Source: Opitutales bacterium
Lineage (GTDB): Bacteria; Verrucomicrobiota; Verrucomicrobiia; Opitutales; UBA2987
Length of the DNA stretch: 64,000 bases
Direction of reading: 5' to 3'
Assembly (NCBI GenBank): GCA_965226885.1
Contig: CBDDEL010000017.1
Location: 416,001 to 480,000, forward strand
In this document: piece by piece, positions 1 to 9,555 of the stretch
Position numbering within the stretch: the stretch's first letter is position 1
Layout: the number at the start of each line of letters is the position of its first letter
Made by a program: the position numbers and the translations under genes
The notes under the pieces: model-generated
Seen by the model: the letters and a program-made list of their open reading frames with translations, nothing else
Database searches by the model: none
Told to the model about the DNA's origin: nothing

Positions 1-274
1 AATACTCCTCTAACTGCGCCATGGCTTCCCGCCTGGCCTCGGCAAAATCGGCGGAACCTGGATAAGTCTGCGTCAAATCCCCCATGTGGATGACCCATTC
101 CGGCTCTAGCGAGGCCACCAATTTTAAGGCCAATTCGATGCGCGCGGTTTGCTTACGCCGCGATTCGAACTCCACTGGTCGGTCCCCCGGATCCATCATG
201 TAGTGGGTGTCGGCAATGACCACAAACTGGCACTCAGCCGGGGGTAACAGAGATAGATCGAAGTGTGAACGCAT
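1..274 (-). CDS. Calcineurin-like metallophosphoesterase, N-terminal part (runs off window edge)
   Basis: Manual translation from ATG at 274: MRSHFDLSLLPPAECQFVVIADTHY...WVIHMGDLTQ, with the DxH and GD metallophosphoesterase motifs. Confidence 0.75.
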   Translation of the reverse strand, partial: MRSHFDLSLLPPAECQFVVIADTHYMMDPGDRPVEFESRRKQTARIELALKLVASLEPEWVIHMGDLTQTYPGSADFAEARREAMAQLEEY

Positions 275-334
275 TAATCAGCAAAAATTTTTGAAATTAC
301 TTCTCCTCGACATAGCATTTGACAAGCACTAAAA

Positions 335-350
335 GTAACCATTTAGTTAC
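335..350. promoter_or_regulatory. Palindromic operator GTAACCATTTAGTTAC (putative TetR site 1)
   Basis: Divergent intergenic region; flanked by TTGACA at 319-324 (+) and 352-357 (-); exact reverse complement of the site upstream of tetR. Confidence 0.8.
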
Positions 351-413
351 TTGTCAAGGTTGAATTGGTTGAATTCATTTTCTGACTGGAAGAATATTCT
401 GGAAACGCGATTT

Positions 414-1955
414 ATGAAAAGAACGGATATCATCGTTGTCGGAGCCGGCCACAATGGGTTGGTCGCGGCGACCTATCTGGCCCGTGCCGGTTTGGAGGTT
501 CATGTTGTTGAAAAAAAACCCTGGGTCGGTGGCTGCGCCAGAACGGAGGAAGTTTGGCCGGGTTTTCATTTTTCCACCTGTGCCCACTTGATTCATGCCA
601 TTCACCCCAAAATCATGCGTGATTTCAAGCTGAAGGACCGCGGTCTGCGATGGGTGGAAACCGCACCCACCATCTATCTGCGGGAGGATGGGACCTATTA
701 CGGTCCGCCCGGGCACGTTTCTCTCCGCAATCGCTGTGCCGGGAACCTGCAAACCGCGAAGGAGCAAAAGGCCGAAATTGATTACAACGCCTTTAAATTG
801 AGCCTGAACCGGATATTCTCCCCCTACCGTTTGTGCCCTCCGCCTTCTTTGGAAGAATTAATGAGGAAACTTGAGGGAACCCCGGAGGAGACGATCCTGA
901 AAAGGGCGCTGGAAACGAAACTTTGGGATTTACAGGAACAGTTTTTGCAATCGCCCATGCAACTCGATCAATATGCCTGGGAGGGCGCAGCTTTTAACCG
1001 AAACCCGCTGGCCCTGGCCCTGGCTTATAGTTCCATTGAGGAGCCGGAGGAGGGAGAGGGAAGAGGAGAAACGCCGGCCGTGGGATATGTCAAAGGAGGC
1101 ATGGGCGAATTGAGCCGCCTCCTTCTCGACAACGCCCGAGAGGCGGGGGCGACCGTTCATTGCAATCAGGCGGTTTCCCGTTTTATCGTCGAGGGCAAGG
1201 CCGTAACCGGAGTGGTATTTTCCGATGGCGGGGAAATGCGCGCCCCGCGGGTTCTTTCCAACATCGATCCCATTCAGACATTTACCCATCTGGTTTCCGG
1301 CCAACATTTCCCGGCGGGCTTCCGGCAACGTCTGCAAGAGATTCGTTCCAATGTATCCTGCCTCAAACTACTCGCCGTTGTGAAGGAGTTGCCGAAATGG
1401 ACTCATTGGGACGGTGACCCGGATAGAATACATGAGGGGGCCCTCCGCCTGGGTGTATCCCGCCGGCAAGTCTCCGCAGCTTATGACGACCTGGAAGCGG
1501 GCCGCCCGCCCGCCCGCCCGATAATGAGCGTCAATTTCCCTTCCTTCAAAGATGCCAGTCTCGCGCAAAAGGGTTTTCACACCGCATCGGTATGGATTTT
1601 CCCGGCATCGGCTCAATTAAGGGAAGGAAGCTGGGATGACGCGAGGGAGAAGGTGACCGAAAACCTGATCGACCGGATTACGGAATACGCGCCCAACTTC
1701 CGGTCTTCGATCGTGCACAAAAAGCTGCGCACACCCCTCGACCTGGAACGCGATAACTCCCTCACCGATGGGTGCATCTGGCACATTCAACACGAAGGTG
1801 AATTACTTTTTTGGAACCGTCCCCTACCCGAACTTTCACGATACCGGACGCCCCTCAAAGGCCTCTACCTCTGTGGGGCCGGGCAACACCCCGGCGGAGA
1901 AGTGAGCGGCCTGCCGGGACATAACGCGGCCCATGAAATCCTTAAGGAGTTGTAG
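414..1955 (+). CDS. NAD(P)/FAD-dependent oxidoreductase, phytoene desaturase-like (COG1233)
   Basis: GAGHNGLVAA dinucleotide-binding motif; C-terminal YLCGAGQHPGGEVSGLPGHNAA; ATG 414 preferred. Confidence 0.85.
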   Translation: MKRTDIIVVGAGHNGLVAATYLARAGLEVHVVEKKPWVGGCARTEEVWPGFHFSTCAHLIHAIHPKIMRDFKLKDRGLRWVETAPTIYLREDGTYYGPPGHVSLRNRCAGNLQTAKEQKAEIDYNAFKLSLNRIFSPYRLCPPPSLEELMRKLEGTPEETILKRALETKLWDLQEQFLQSPMQLDQYAWEGAAFNRNPLALALAYSSIEEPEEGEGRGETPAVGYVKGGMGELSRLLLDNAREAGATVHCNQAVSRFIVEGKAVTGVVFSDGGEMRAPRVLSNIDPIQTFTHLVSGQHFPAGFRQRLQEIRSNVSCLKLLAVVKELPKWTHWDGDPDRIHEGALRLGVSRRQVSAAYDDLEAGRPPARPIMSVNFPSFKDASLAQKGFHTASVWIFPASAQLREGSWDDAREKVTENLIDRITEYAPNFRSSIVHKKLRTPLDLERDNSLTDGCIWHIQHEGELLFWNRPLPELSRYRTPLKGLYLCGAGQHPGGEVSGLPGHNAAHEILKEL

Positions 1956-1968
1956 AAACGAACGTCCG

Positions 1969-2784
1969 TTATTCGTTGAAATAACTGTATATCAAAGCCT
2001 GAATGCTGCTGGGGTGTGTCCGTTTGATCTCCCATCTTTCTGCATGTTCCTCGTCGCGCCGGAAAAAATACCGCATCTCGTAGGGTGGAGAAATATGCGG
2101 GTAGCTGAATCGGCCGGGATCATTTTTCAAATCCTGGGCCGCTTGCTGGGCGCCTTCGGACATTTTTAAACGAGCACTTTCAGGAGACAGGTGCCGCGCC
2201 CCAAGCTTCGCACGAGCGCATTGAGCGGCGGATAAATTTTCCATTCCATCCGGCAAGAGTCCCTCTTTTACCGAAACGGTTAGGATTCCCGGCGTCAATG
2301 ACTCCGCCTCTTCGCACAATGCCTTTTCACCCGATGCAAAAAAAGAAGGAACCCCAAGTTCCATGGCGCAAAGGGCCACCTGGCCGAATTCGCCAATTGA
2401 AATGCCATTGAGGCTAACGTCGATATAGGAGAAGCTCTGGGTGTGGGTGAGATGGGAAAAAGGAGTCCCCGCTTTGGCGTGCTGCCCGATCCAGCAAATG
2501 CCATCGTAAGTGTTGTCCAACCCTGGCGGGTATTCCATTCCTGGACCTCGAATCAGATCGACCCGAGGATCGAGCAAGGCCGGATCGATGCCTCCTTCGC
2601 CATGACCATCGAGCACGGTTATGGCGGAGACGCCGCCCGCATAGAGCCCCTTGACAGCCGCGTTCACTTCCCTAGTCAGGAGAGCTTGTCCATGATTATA
2701 AAATATTCCATTTCGCACACACCAGTTTTCGTAATCGAGTACACCGGCCACACCTTCGATATCGGTTATAATGTAAATTTTCAT
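1969..2784 (-). CDS. M55 family metallopeptidase (DppA/D-aminopeptidase-like)
   Basis: MKIYIITDIEGVAGV, DGHG, GQHAKAG and LTHT motifs. Confidence 0.9.
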   Translation of the reverse strand: MKIYIITDIEGVAGVLDYENWCVRNGIFYNHGQALLTREVNAAVKGLYAGGVSAITVLDGHGEGGIDPALLDPRVDLIRGPGMEYPPGLDNTYDGICWIGQHAKAGTPFSHLTHTQSFSYIDVSLNGISIGEFGQVALCAMELGVPSFFASGEKALCEEAESLTPGILTVSVKEGLLPDGMENLSAAQCARAKLGARHLSPESARLKMSEGAQQAAQDLKNDPGRFSYPHISPPYEMRYFFRRDEEHAERWEIKRTHPSSIQALIYSYFNE

Positions 2785-2809
2785 CGTCCCTGGGTCGTTG
2801 GGTTTTGAA

Positions 2810-4345
2810 TCAAACTTTCCCCCCGTTCAACATATCCAAATCCGCTTCCAGATCAATATCCGGCGGAACCAGCAGTTCATCCGATTTTGGTTTTACTCTT
2901 TTGCCCCACGCTTCCAATGCTTGATATCGCCGGTCATTTTTCCTAGATTCCGGGCGAACCCATTTAGGGTTCCAATTTTTTTCCAGTTTGGCCAAAAGTG
3001 TCTGTCCGATTTCCTCATACTCCGGTTGACCCCAAAGATCATTTTCTTCCGCTCTGTCTTCATTGAGATTGAACAAAGCCGGCGGCAGGTTTTCATCATC
3101 GACATATTTCCACAACTTCCAGGGACCCGATCTTATCATCTTGGCCGCAAAATAATCACTATCCCCAACGGTATCCACAAATTCGCTGAAAGTTTCATTT
3201 TCCCATTCGCTGGAATCCTCATTTTTCAAGAGCGGAAGCAGTGAGCGCCCCTCGATCATAGGGGGAGGCTCGCCTCCACCCAATTCACATAGAGTAGGAC
3301 CAAGATCCATCAGATTGCAGACTTGGGAAATCGATCGACTCGATCCGAATTTCGCGGGATTCCTGATAATCAGTGGAATGGATACACTTTCCTCGTAAAA
3401 ACTGCTCTTCCACCAACAGCCCTTGGTGCCCGCCATCTCCCCATGATCAGAAGTATAAACGACCGTAGTATCTTCCTTCAACCCGTTAGCTTCGAGTGCC
3501 TCCAGCACCTTGCCGATCTGCTGGTCGAGAAATTCACACATGCCGAAATAGGCGGCCCGGGCAATGCGTATCCGACGTTCGGAAATCGGCGGATCGTCCA
3601 GATCACGGATTCTCCGGAATCGTTTGATGGTGGGCGGGAGGTCTCTTGGAACCGTGGGCGCCTCCACTAATGGATAATAATAATCGAATAGATCGTCGGG
3701 GGCAAAGAAGGGGCAATGCGGAAGAACGTACCCGACAACCGCGGCGAATGGTTGCTGGGAATCTCTTTTCCCTTCGAGATAAGCGCAGGCCGCCTCGGTA
3801 ACTTGTTCATCAAACCATTGATAAAAAGTTCTCCCCTTTCCCGACATTTCAACCGAGGCCCTGGTTTGACCGGCAGTTTCTACAGGAATCCGGCTCCATA
3901 AATTCTGGTGATCCGGCTCGGAACCGGGAGGGCAGGCCGAAAATTCTCCCAATGGCCGTTCCATAAAACCACCTAGTTGATCCTTTCCCACGAAGTGCAT
4001 CCGGCCTATAAGGCTCGTCCTATAGCCAACTGCCCCCAGCGAATGTACCCATGTTGGGGTATTGGGATCAAGCATGTGGCTATTGTCCCAAACGCGGTTC
4101 CGGCTCGGCGAATTGGAAGTAAGAAAACTCATGCGGCTAGGTACACAAATGGGAGCAGGACAATAAGCCTCGTCAAAACGAACCCCCTCAGCCGCTAACG
4201 AATCCAGATTGGGAGTTCGAATAATCGGATTTCCGTAGGCGCCCAAGCAAGACTTGGAGTGCTGGTCGGACATAATGACGAGTAGGTTCTTCATCGACAA
4301 ATAGCGTGGCTCATCAGAAGAAAAAGACTTGTCTTTATTCTCCAT
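2810..4345 (-). CDS. Cys-type sulfatase (choline-sulfatase-like); alternative start at 4294
   Basis: SDQH, CVPSR formylglycine motif, GRMHF, SDHG; no signal peptide; first 9 codons from 4345 resemble the TetR N-terminus. Confidence 0.9.
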   Translation of the reverse strand: MENKDKSFSSDEPRYLSMKNLLVIMSDQHSKSCLGAYGNPIIRTPNLDSLAAEGVRFDEAYCPAPICVPSRMSFLTSNSPSRNRVWDNSHMLDPNTPTWVHSLGAVGYRTSLIGRMHFVGKDQLGGFMERPLGEFSACPPGSEPDHQNLWSRIPVETAGQTRASVEMSGKGRTFYQWFDEQVTEAACAYLEGKRDSQQPFAAVVGYVLPHCPFFAPDDLFDYYYPLVEAPTVPRDLPPTIKRFRRIRDLDDPPISERRIRIARAAYFGMCEFLDQQIGKVLEALEANGLKEDTTVVYTSDHGEMAGTKGCWWKSSFYEESVSIPLIIRNPAKFGSSRSISQVCNLMDLGPTLCELGGGEPPPMIEGRSLLPLLKNEDSSEWENETFSEFVDTVGDSDYFAAKMIRSGPWKLWKYVDDENLPPALFNLNEDRAEENDLWGQPEYEEIGQTLLAKLEKNWNPKWVRPESRKNDRRYQALEAWGKRVKPKSDELLVPPDIDLEADLDMLNGGKV

Positions 4346-4385
4346 AGATGTAACCGTTTAGTTACTATTTATTGAATTTTGTAAA
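4320..4385 (-). repeat. Dispersed 66-bp copy of the tetR promoter/operator/start region (13651-13716)
   Basis: Reverse complement matches 13651-13716 at 59/66 positions by manual alignment. Confidence 0.9.
4350..4365. promoter_or_regulatory. Palindromic operator GTAACCGTTTAGTTAC (site 2)
   Basis: 4 bp upstream of ATG 4345; TTTACA at 4385-4380 on minus strand. Confidence 0.8.
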
Positions 4386-4602
4386 GTTCTTTTTATAGAG
4401 CAAAAAAATTATTGTGATGTTTCGTATTATTTTGCGTTGGATGTAATTTGAAATTTTACTTAGGCGACAAAGGACATGGCAAGCTGTAGAAAATCCGAAT
4501 TCGCGGCGGGGGCCTGATATCTACGAATGAAAACGTCACGAGATTCTGGAACTCAGGTCTGAGATAGGATTCGAATTGTCTGCAATCAATTTGGGGAACC
4601 AG

Positions 4603-5664
4603 ATGGTAAAAAAAATACGGCTTGGATTCATTGGCACAGGCAACATGGGCCATGTGGCCCACCTGCGTAATTATCTTGCAGTTCCTGACTGCGAAGTATG
4701 CGCGCTGGCGGAATTGAGGCCGCAACTGGCCAGGAAAGTCGCCCAACGCTACGGCATCGGGCAGGTTTATCGCGATCATGAAGAACTACTTGCTTCAGCC
4801 GATGTGGACGGCCTGGTCGCCATCCAGCCGTTTGTCCGGCATGATCGACTTGTGCCGAAGTTGCTGGAGGCCCGTTTGCCCCTGCTCATCGAAAAGCCGC
4901 TCGCCCACTCGGTGGAAGCGGGAGATAAAATACTGGCGGCGCAGCGGAAGACGGGAACGCCGCTATATATTGCCTACAACAAGCGCAGCGATCCGGCTGT
5001 GGTCTGGTCGATGGCGTTGATGCGGAAATGGCAACAGAGTGGCCAATACGGGCCGCTCAGGTATATTCGCATATCTATGCCGCCCGGAGATTGGAGGGCG
5101 GAAGCTTTTACCGAACTCGTAAGGACAGAAGAGGTACGCCCGTCACCGGAAATCCCGCCACCCCCTGAAGGCTTTAGCGAAGAATTAGCAAAAGAGTACA
5201 AATATTTTGTCGATTACTACATCCATCAGGTGAATCTTCTGAGGCATTTACTGGGGGAAGATTACGAAGTTGCGTATGCCGATCCGGCTAGAATCGTTAT
5301 GCCCATAAGGTCCCAAAGCGGCGTGCCAGGGATTCTTGAGATGAACGCCTGCCGAACTACCCGCGATTGGCAGGAAGAGGCTTTTATAGCGTTTGAAAAA
5401 GGCTGGATAAAAATAGCTTTGCCCGCGCCACTGGCCGTTAATCGATCTGGGAGTGTCACGGTTTTCCAGGATGCGGGCGATGGGGCCATACCTGAAAAGT
5501 ATTCTCCCACACTGCCCATGATCCATTCCATGCGACAGCAAGCGATTCACTTCGTCAGCACTTTGCGGGGGGAGAAGACCTGCCTGTGCACTGCCGAAGA
5601 AGCCATAAAAGACCTTCGCACCGCGAAATCCTACATCGAACTTTTAGGAGGCAGGCAGGGCTAG
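4603..5664 (+). CDS. Gfo/Idh/MocA family oxidoreductase
   Basis: GFIGTGNMG Rossmann motif, EKP motif, DYYIH. Confidence 0.9.
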   Translation: MVKKIRLGFIGTGNMGHVAHLRNYLAVPDCEVCALAELRPQLARKVAQRYGIGQVYRDHEELLASADVDGLVAIQPFVRHDRLVPKLLEARLPLLIEKPLAHSVEAGDKILAAQRKTGTPLYIAYNKRSDPAVVWSMALMRKWQQSGQYGPLRYIRISMPPGDWRAEAFTELVRTEEVRPSPEIPPPPEGFSEELAKEYKYFVDYYIHQVNLLRHLLGEDYEVAYADPARIVMPIRSQSGVPGILEMNACRTTRDWQEEAFIAFEKGWIKIALPAPLAVNRSGSVTVFQDAGDGAIPEKYSPTLPMIHSMRQQAIHFVSTLRGEKTCLCTAEEAIKDLRTAKSYIELLGGRQG

Positions 5665-5666
5665 CC

Positions 5667-6491
5667 ATGAAGAAAGAGCAAATCGCCATAAACACTGTTT
5701 CCTTAACCATAGACGATCTGGAAGCGGCCTTGGGAGCGATCCGGGAGAGCGGTTTCCTTAAAGTGGAGTTCGCCCTCCGCCAGGTAAAAGAGTACTTCAA
5801 AGCAGGGGGTTCGACGGAAAACCTGCGTCGCGTCCTGGACCGGCTGGGGCTGCGCTGCATCGGCGGTTTTGAATGTATTTTGGCCTGTTTTGCGAAAGAA
5901 GAACAGCGCGAGCGAAACCATGTTCTGCTGAGGGAAAATGCCGGGCTTCTGGCAAATCTGGGAGCCCGCAACATGGTGATAGGGATAGACCGCCCAGATT
6001 CTGCCCAACTAGAGATGGCTCATATTAACGTCATTGCGGAAACCCTCAAAACGGTCGCTGACGATATCGCCGGGACGGGAGTCAGTCTGCTCATCGAATT
6101 TAACTGGGGCTCGATTAAAACCTTGGATGCGGCAGCGCAAATTGTCCGCCGTTCGGGTGCTGCCAACGCGGGCGTCTTGTTCGATCCCGCGCATTATTAC
6201 TGCACACCGACGAAATTCGACCAGCTCGGGCCGGAGAATGTCGCTTGCATCAAACACGTCCATGTGGACGACATGGAAGACATCCCGGCGGAATTCAGCA
6301 ACTGCAATTCGAGTCGCGTCCTGCCGGGGGAGGGCTGTCTCGATCTGGCGGCGCTGATCGGCCGCCTGGAGGCCCATGGGTATGGCGAAGATTACTCCAT
6401 CGAATTGTTCAACAAGGATTTGTGGAAGCTGCCGGTTCCCGAAGCCGCTTCCCTGATGTATGCCAGCATGGAAAACCTCTGCACTCCTTGA
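5667..6491 (+). CDS. Sugar phosphate isomerase/epimerase (xylose isomerase-like TIM barrel)
   Basis: IEF, DPAH, HVHVDD, RVLPGEG and SIELF motifs. Confidence 0.85.
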   Translation: MKKEQIAINTVSLTIDDLEAALGAIRESGFLKVEFALRQVKEYFKAGGSTENLRRVLDRLGLRCIGGFECILACFAKEEQRERNHVLLRENAGLLANLGARNMVIGIDRPDSAQLEMAHINVIAETLKTVADDIAGTGVSLLIEFNWGSIKTLDAAAQIVRRSGAANAGVLFDPAHYYCTPTKFDQLGPENVACIKHVHVDDMEDIPAEFSNCNSSRVLPGEGCLDLAALIGRLEAHGYGEDYSIELFNKDLWKLPVPEAASLMYASMENLCTP

Positions 6492-7150
6492 TTTGCCTTT
6501 CCAGTGGCGCAACGCTTAAACTTTAACCAATTATTGCAACTGTCATGACTGAATTGAAAATGAAAACGCGTACGGGAGGATTTGTCATTGGTTTCCGAGT
6601 CGGCACGGGCGGCTGGCAAGAAAATCTCAATACTGCTATCGACTGGGCTCTGAAGCAAGGCTTTGGGGCGCTCGATCTGGTAGGCCGACCTCCGGAAGAC
6701 ACCAAACGTGTTCGGGAGACCGGTTTGCAGGTAGGCTCTGTGGACTTGGTCGGCTGGAAGGCGCTGCTTTCTCCAGATCCTGGCAAGCGCCGCCAAGCAT
6801 TCGCCGCCGCAGAATCGCATATCAGGTCCTGCGCGACGTTCGGGGCGCGTAATTTTTTCACTATCATGCTGCCCGAAGATCCTTCCCTTGAGCGGGCGGA
6901 AAACTTCAAATACATGGTGGAGAGCTATGGCGCTATGGCCCCGGTTCTTGAAAAAACGGAAAGCCGTATTGTCATAGAAGGCTGGCCTGGTCAGGGAGCG
7001 CTTTGTTGCACACCGGAAAGCTGCCGGGCCTTTTTTACCGAGTGTCCATTTGCTTGTATGGGTATCAATTACGATCCTTTGCACCTCATCCGTATGGGTA
7101 TTGAACCGCTTCGATTTTTGCGTGAATTTGCCCCGCGCGTATTTCACTTA

Positions 7151-8281
7151 TACCAAATCGCAAAAGGATTGATAAAGATTAAAAAACAGCTATAAAGGCG
7201 GAATGAGAAGATATATGGGAACCGATGAAGACCGTGAACGTATCAAGAAATTGCTCAACAAAGAGGCTGTCGGCTGGCGTAAAGAGCGTTTGGTGGCATT
7301 AAAAATGGGCTTCCAGCCGCACCACAGCATTGATGAAATTGGAGCCATCGTGGGCCGAGGCAAAGCGACGATCCAGCGTTGGTTTGACAAATATCGTGCT
7401 GCAGGGCTCGGGGCGGTGCTTACACGCGCCTACAAAGGCGGGATCAAAAGCCGTTGCGACAAAGAGGTGGAGGCCTTCTTGCTCAATGGTTTGAAGGTCG
7501 CGCGCTGGAACACAGCCGTTCAGGCGGGGCAAGAGCTGGAGCGACATTTCGGGCGCTCCTTCGCCTACAAGACGGTGTGGCGATGGCTAAAAAAATGCGC
7601 CGGGGTGCTTCGAGTCCCTCGCCCCGTGCATGAGAAACGGGACTCGGCAAAAGCGGAAGCGTTCAAGCGAGACTTTTTTAAGATCCTCCAGGAGCTTTCC
7701 CTCACCCGAGGCAATCGGGTTCGGGTGTGGTTTGCCGATGAAAGCCGTTTTGGTTTGCTTCCGGTGTACCGCCGGTGCTGGACGCAAAGAGGGCTTCGGC
7801 CGCACAAAAAATATCAGACAAGATACCAGTGGAGCTACTGTTACGGAGCCCTCGACGTGGTCAACGGCGAGATGGTATGCATCCAAACCCCTAGCACGAA
7901 TCTACAGTGGACGGAGGCTTTCCTCCAACAGATCAAAAAGCAATATCCTGAGGAGGAACATGTGGTTGTATGGGACGGGGCAGGCTTCCATCCGCACGAC
8001 TCGGAGCACCCCAACGTCCCCCCGGGCATACATATCGTGAATTTGCCGCCGTATAGTCCTGAACTCAACCCGATTGAAAGACTTTGGGATATGATACAGG
8101 ATCAAACGGCCAACAAACTGTGGCCGAGCATTGAGCGACTCGAAGAAGTCGTCGCAACCCATCTCAAAGACTGGTGGGAGGACACTGAAAAAGTCCTCTC
8201 TTTAGTTGGCGGAGGCTGGCAGCACATTCAAGCAAACGCTTCTGCCAAATAATTTATTATCATACCTAATGAGATTTGGTA
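7151..8281 (+). mobile_element. IS630 family insertion sequence
   Basis: Terminal IRs TACCAAATCGCAAAAGG / CCTAATGAGATTTGGTA; TTA (TA core) duplicated at 7148-7150 and 8282-8284. Confidence 0.9.
7203..8252 (+). CDS. IS630 family transposase, single intact ORF
   Basis: HTH region, FADESRF, WDGAGFH and LPPYSPELNPIE DDE motifs. Confidence 0.95.
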   Translation: MRRYMGTDEDRERIKKLLNKEAVGWRKERLVALKMGFQPHHSIDEIGAIVGRGKATIQRWFDKYRAAGLGAVLTRAYKGGIKSRCDKEVEAFLLNGLKVARWNTAVQAGQELERHFGRSFAYKTVWRWLKKCAGVLRVPRPVHEKRDSAKAEAFKRDFFKILQELSLTRGNRVRVWFADESRFGLLPVYRRCWTQRGLRPHKKYQTRYQWSYCYGALDVVNGEMVCIQTPSTNLQWTEAFLQQIKKQYPEEEHVVVWDGAGFHPHDSEHPNVPPGIHIVNLPPYSPELNPIERLWDMIQDQTANKLWPSIERLEEVVATHLKDWWEDTEKVLSLVGGGWQHIQANASAK

Positions 8282-8579
8282 TTACACGCCAAGGACACCA
8301 TCCGCTTGCCGGACGATCTGTATGAATACGGCACTGAGCAGCCGGCCACTTTTAAAAAGAAACACCGTTATGGAGGATTTAGCTGGCGCTACACTCTGCC
8401 CGGGCTGGGCGAGGCGCCATGGACGGAGATATTCCGTCTATTGCTCAAGAGCGGTTACACCGGAATGGCCAGCATCGAATTGGAAGACGAGAATTTTAAC
8501 GGTGCCGAGGAAGGGGAAAAATTTGCTTTGGCACACTCGATGCGATACCTTGCCGGTTGCTGAACCCGGTTTCGCTGAG

Positions 8580-8604
8580 GACCGGCAGACCGGCAGACCG
8601 GCAG
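8580..8604 (+). repeat. Tandem repeat (GACCGGCA)x3
   Basis: Directly visible, intergenic. Confidence 0.85.
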
Positions 8605-8637
8605 TAGTGGAAAGTTTTAACGAATATAAACACTTCA

Positions 8638-9531
8638 ATGCTCTTGACGCCAAAAACTTTTGCAGGAGATGAGATGGAGGGCCCATTGACAACTGCTTGG
8701 CGATTCAGTCAAGACGGCACAGCCGGCTACATTTCGGGCGGCCATGGGCACGGCGTCGAGATCACTTGTGGCGCGGATTCCGAACCAGTGACGCGACCCA
8801 TGTGCATGAACTTGGAGCATTACTACGCGCGCGGAAAGCCCGGTACGTTCGTTCCCCGCTACAAGGCAGAGGTGCATTCCGAGTTGATCTCGCAGAATTC
8901 GGTTCGGGTATCCATCGAGCCCTACGGGAGTTGGCGTCTACGTTCGACGATCACTTATCGTCTGCTGCCTGAGTCTACCATCGAGGCGGAGTACAGCTTT
9001 GCCTTCGAGCAGGCATACCCTGATTTTCATGTGCTCATCAGCAACTACTTTAACGAACCCACCGAGCCTTTCCTGCGTATTGACGGCAGGTGGACACAGC
9101 CTTCGTTGGGTGAGAAGGAGCATCGCAATTGGCCGCGCGACTCCGAATCTCGCAGGCTCATGAGCGCCACCATGGCCACGATCAACGCTGATCCGGAGGC
9201 GCTTTCAGATCAGGCCCGGCCCATCGACCAGCAATGTTACGAGCATCCCATCATGATATCTCCAATTCGCGATACCGGGTGGAGTGTTGTTCACGTCATT
9301 GAACGGGATGCGTGTCCAAGCATTTCGGCTAACCGGCGATGGAATGCACATGATTTCTCGCTTATTGGTCACAATGTCGCTGAAGGTGAGACCGTTGTGT
9401 GCCGTGCCTGGATGGTTTACACGAAACTTGAGACATTTGATAAAGCCCTGGGCCTGGCTGATCAACTGACACGGAAGCCGAACAAACAGTCTGAGTCGGA
9501 CGCGCAAGAATCGCGCGCCGCTCAACCGTAA
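8638..9531 (+). CDS. Hypothetical protein (putative former integron cassette gene)
   Basis: 297-aa ORF with no recognised motif; 3' end reads through an attC-like site. Confidence 0.6.
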   Translation: MLLTPKTFAGDEMEGPLTTAWRFSQDGTAGYISGGHGHGVEITCGADSEPVTRPMCMNLEHYYARGKPGTFVPRYKAEVHSELISQNSVRVSIEPYGSWRLRSTITYRLLPESTIEAEYSFAFEQAYPDFHVLISNYFNEPTEPFLRIDGRWTQPSLGEKEHRNWPRDSESRRLMSATMATINADPEALSDQARPIDQQCYEHPIMISPIRDTGWSVVHVIERDACPSISANRRWNAHDFSLIGHNVAEGETVVCRAWMVYTKLETFDKALGLADQLTRKPNKQSESDAQESRAAQP

Positions 9532-9539
9532 CGTTGTGC
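9477..9539 (+). mobile_element. Integron attC-like recombination site (63 bp, solitary)
   Basis: R'' GCCGAAC, 5-bp spacer, L'' GTCTGAGT, central hairpin CGGACGCGC..GCGCGCCG, L' GCTCAAC, 6-bp spacer, R' GTTGTGC. Confidence 0.7.
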
Positions 9540-9555
9540 CACTAGAGGAATTGAC

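Larger units (their letters stand above)
6545..8563 (+). pseudogene. Sugar phosphate isomerase/epimerase interrupted by IS630
   Basis: Removing 7151-8281 and one TTA copy restores in-frame RVFHLHAKDT...WRYTLPGLG...SIELED. Confidence 0.9.

Noticed and set aside
414..1955. Calling the COG1233 genes crtI (carotenoid synthesis)
   Set aside because: No crtB/crtE nearby; motifs are family-wide
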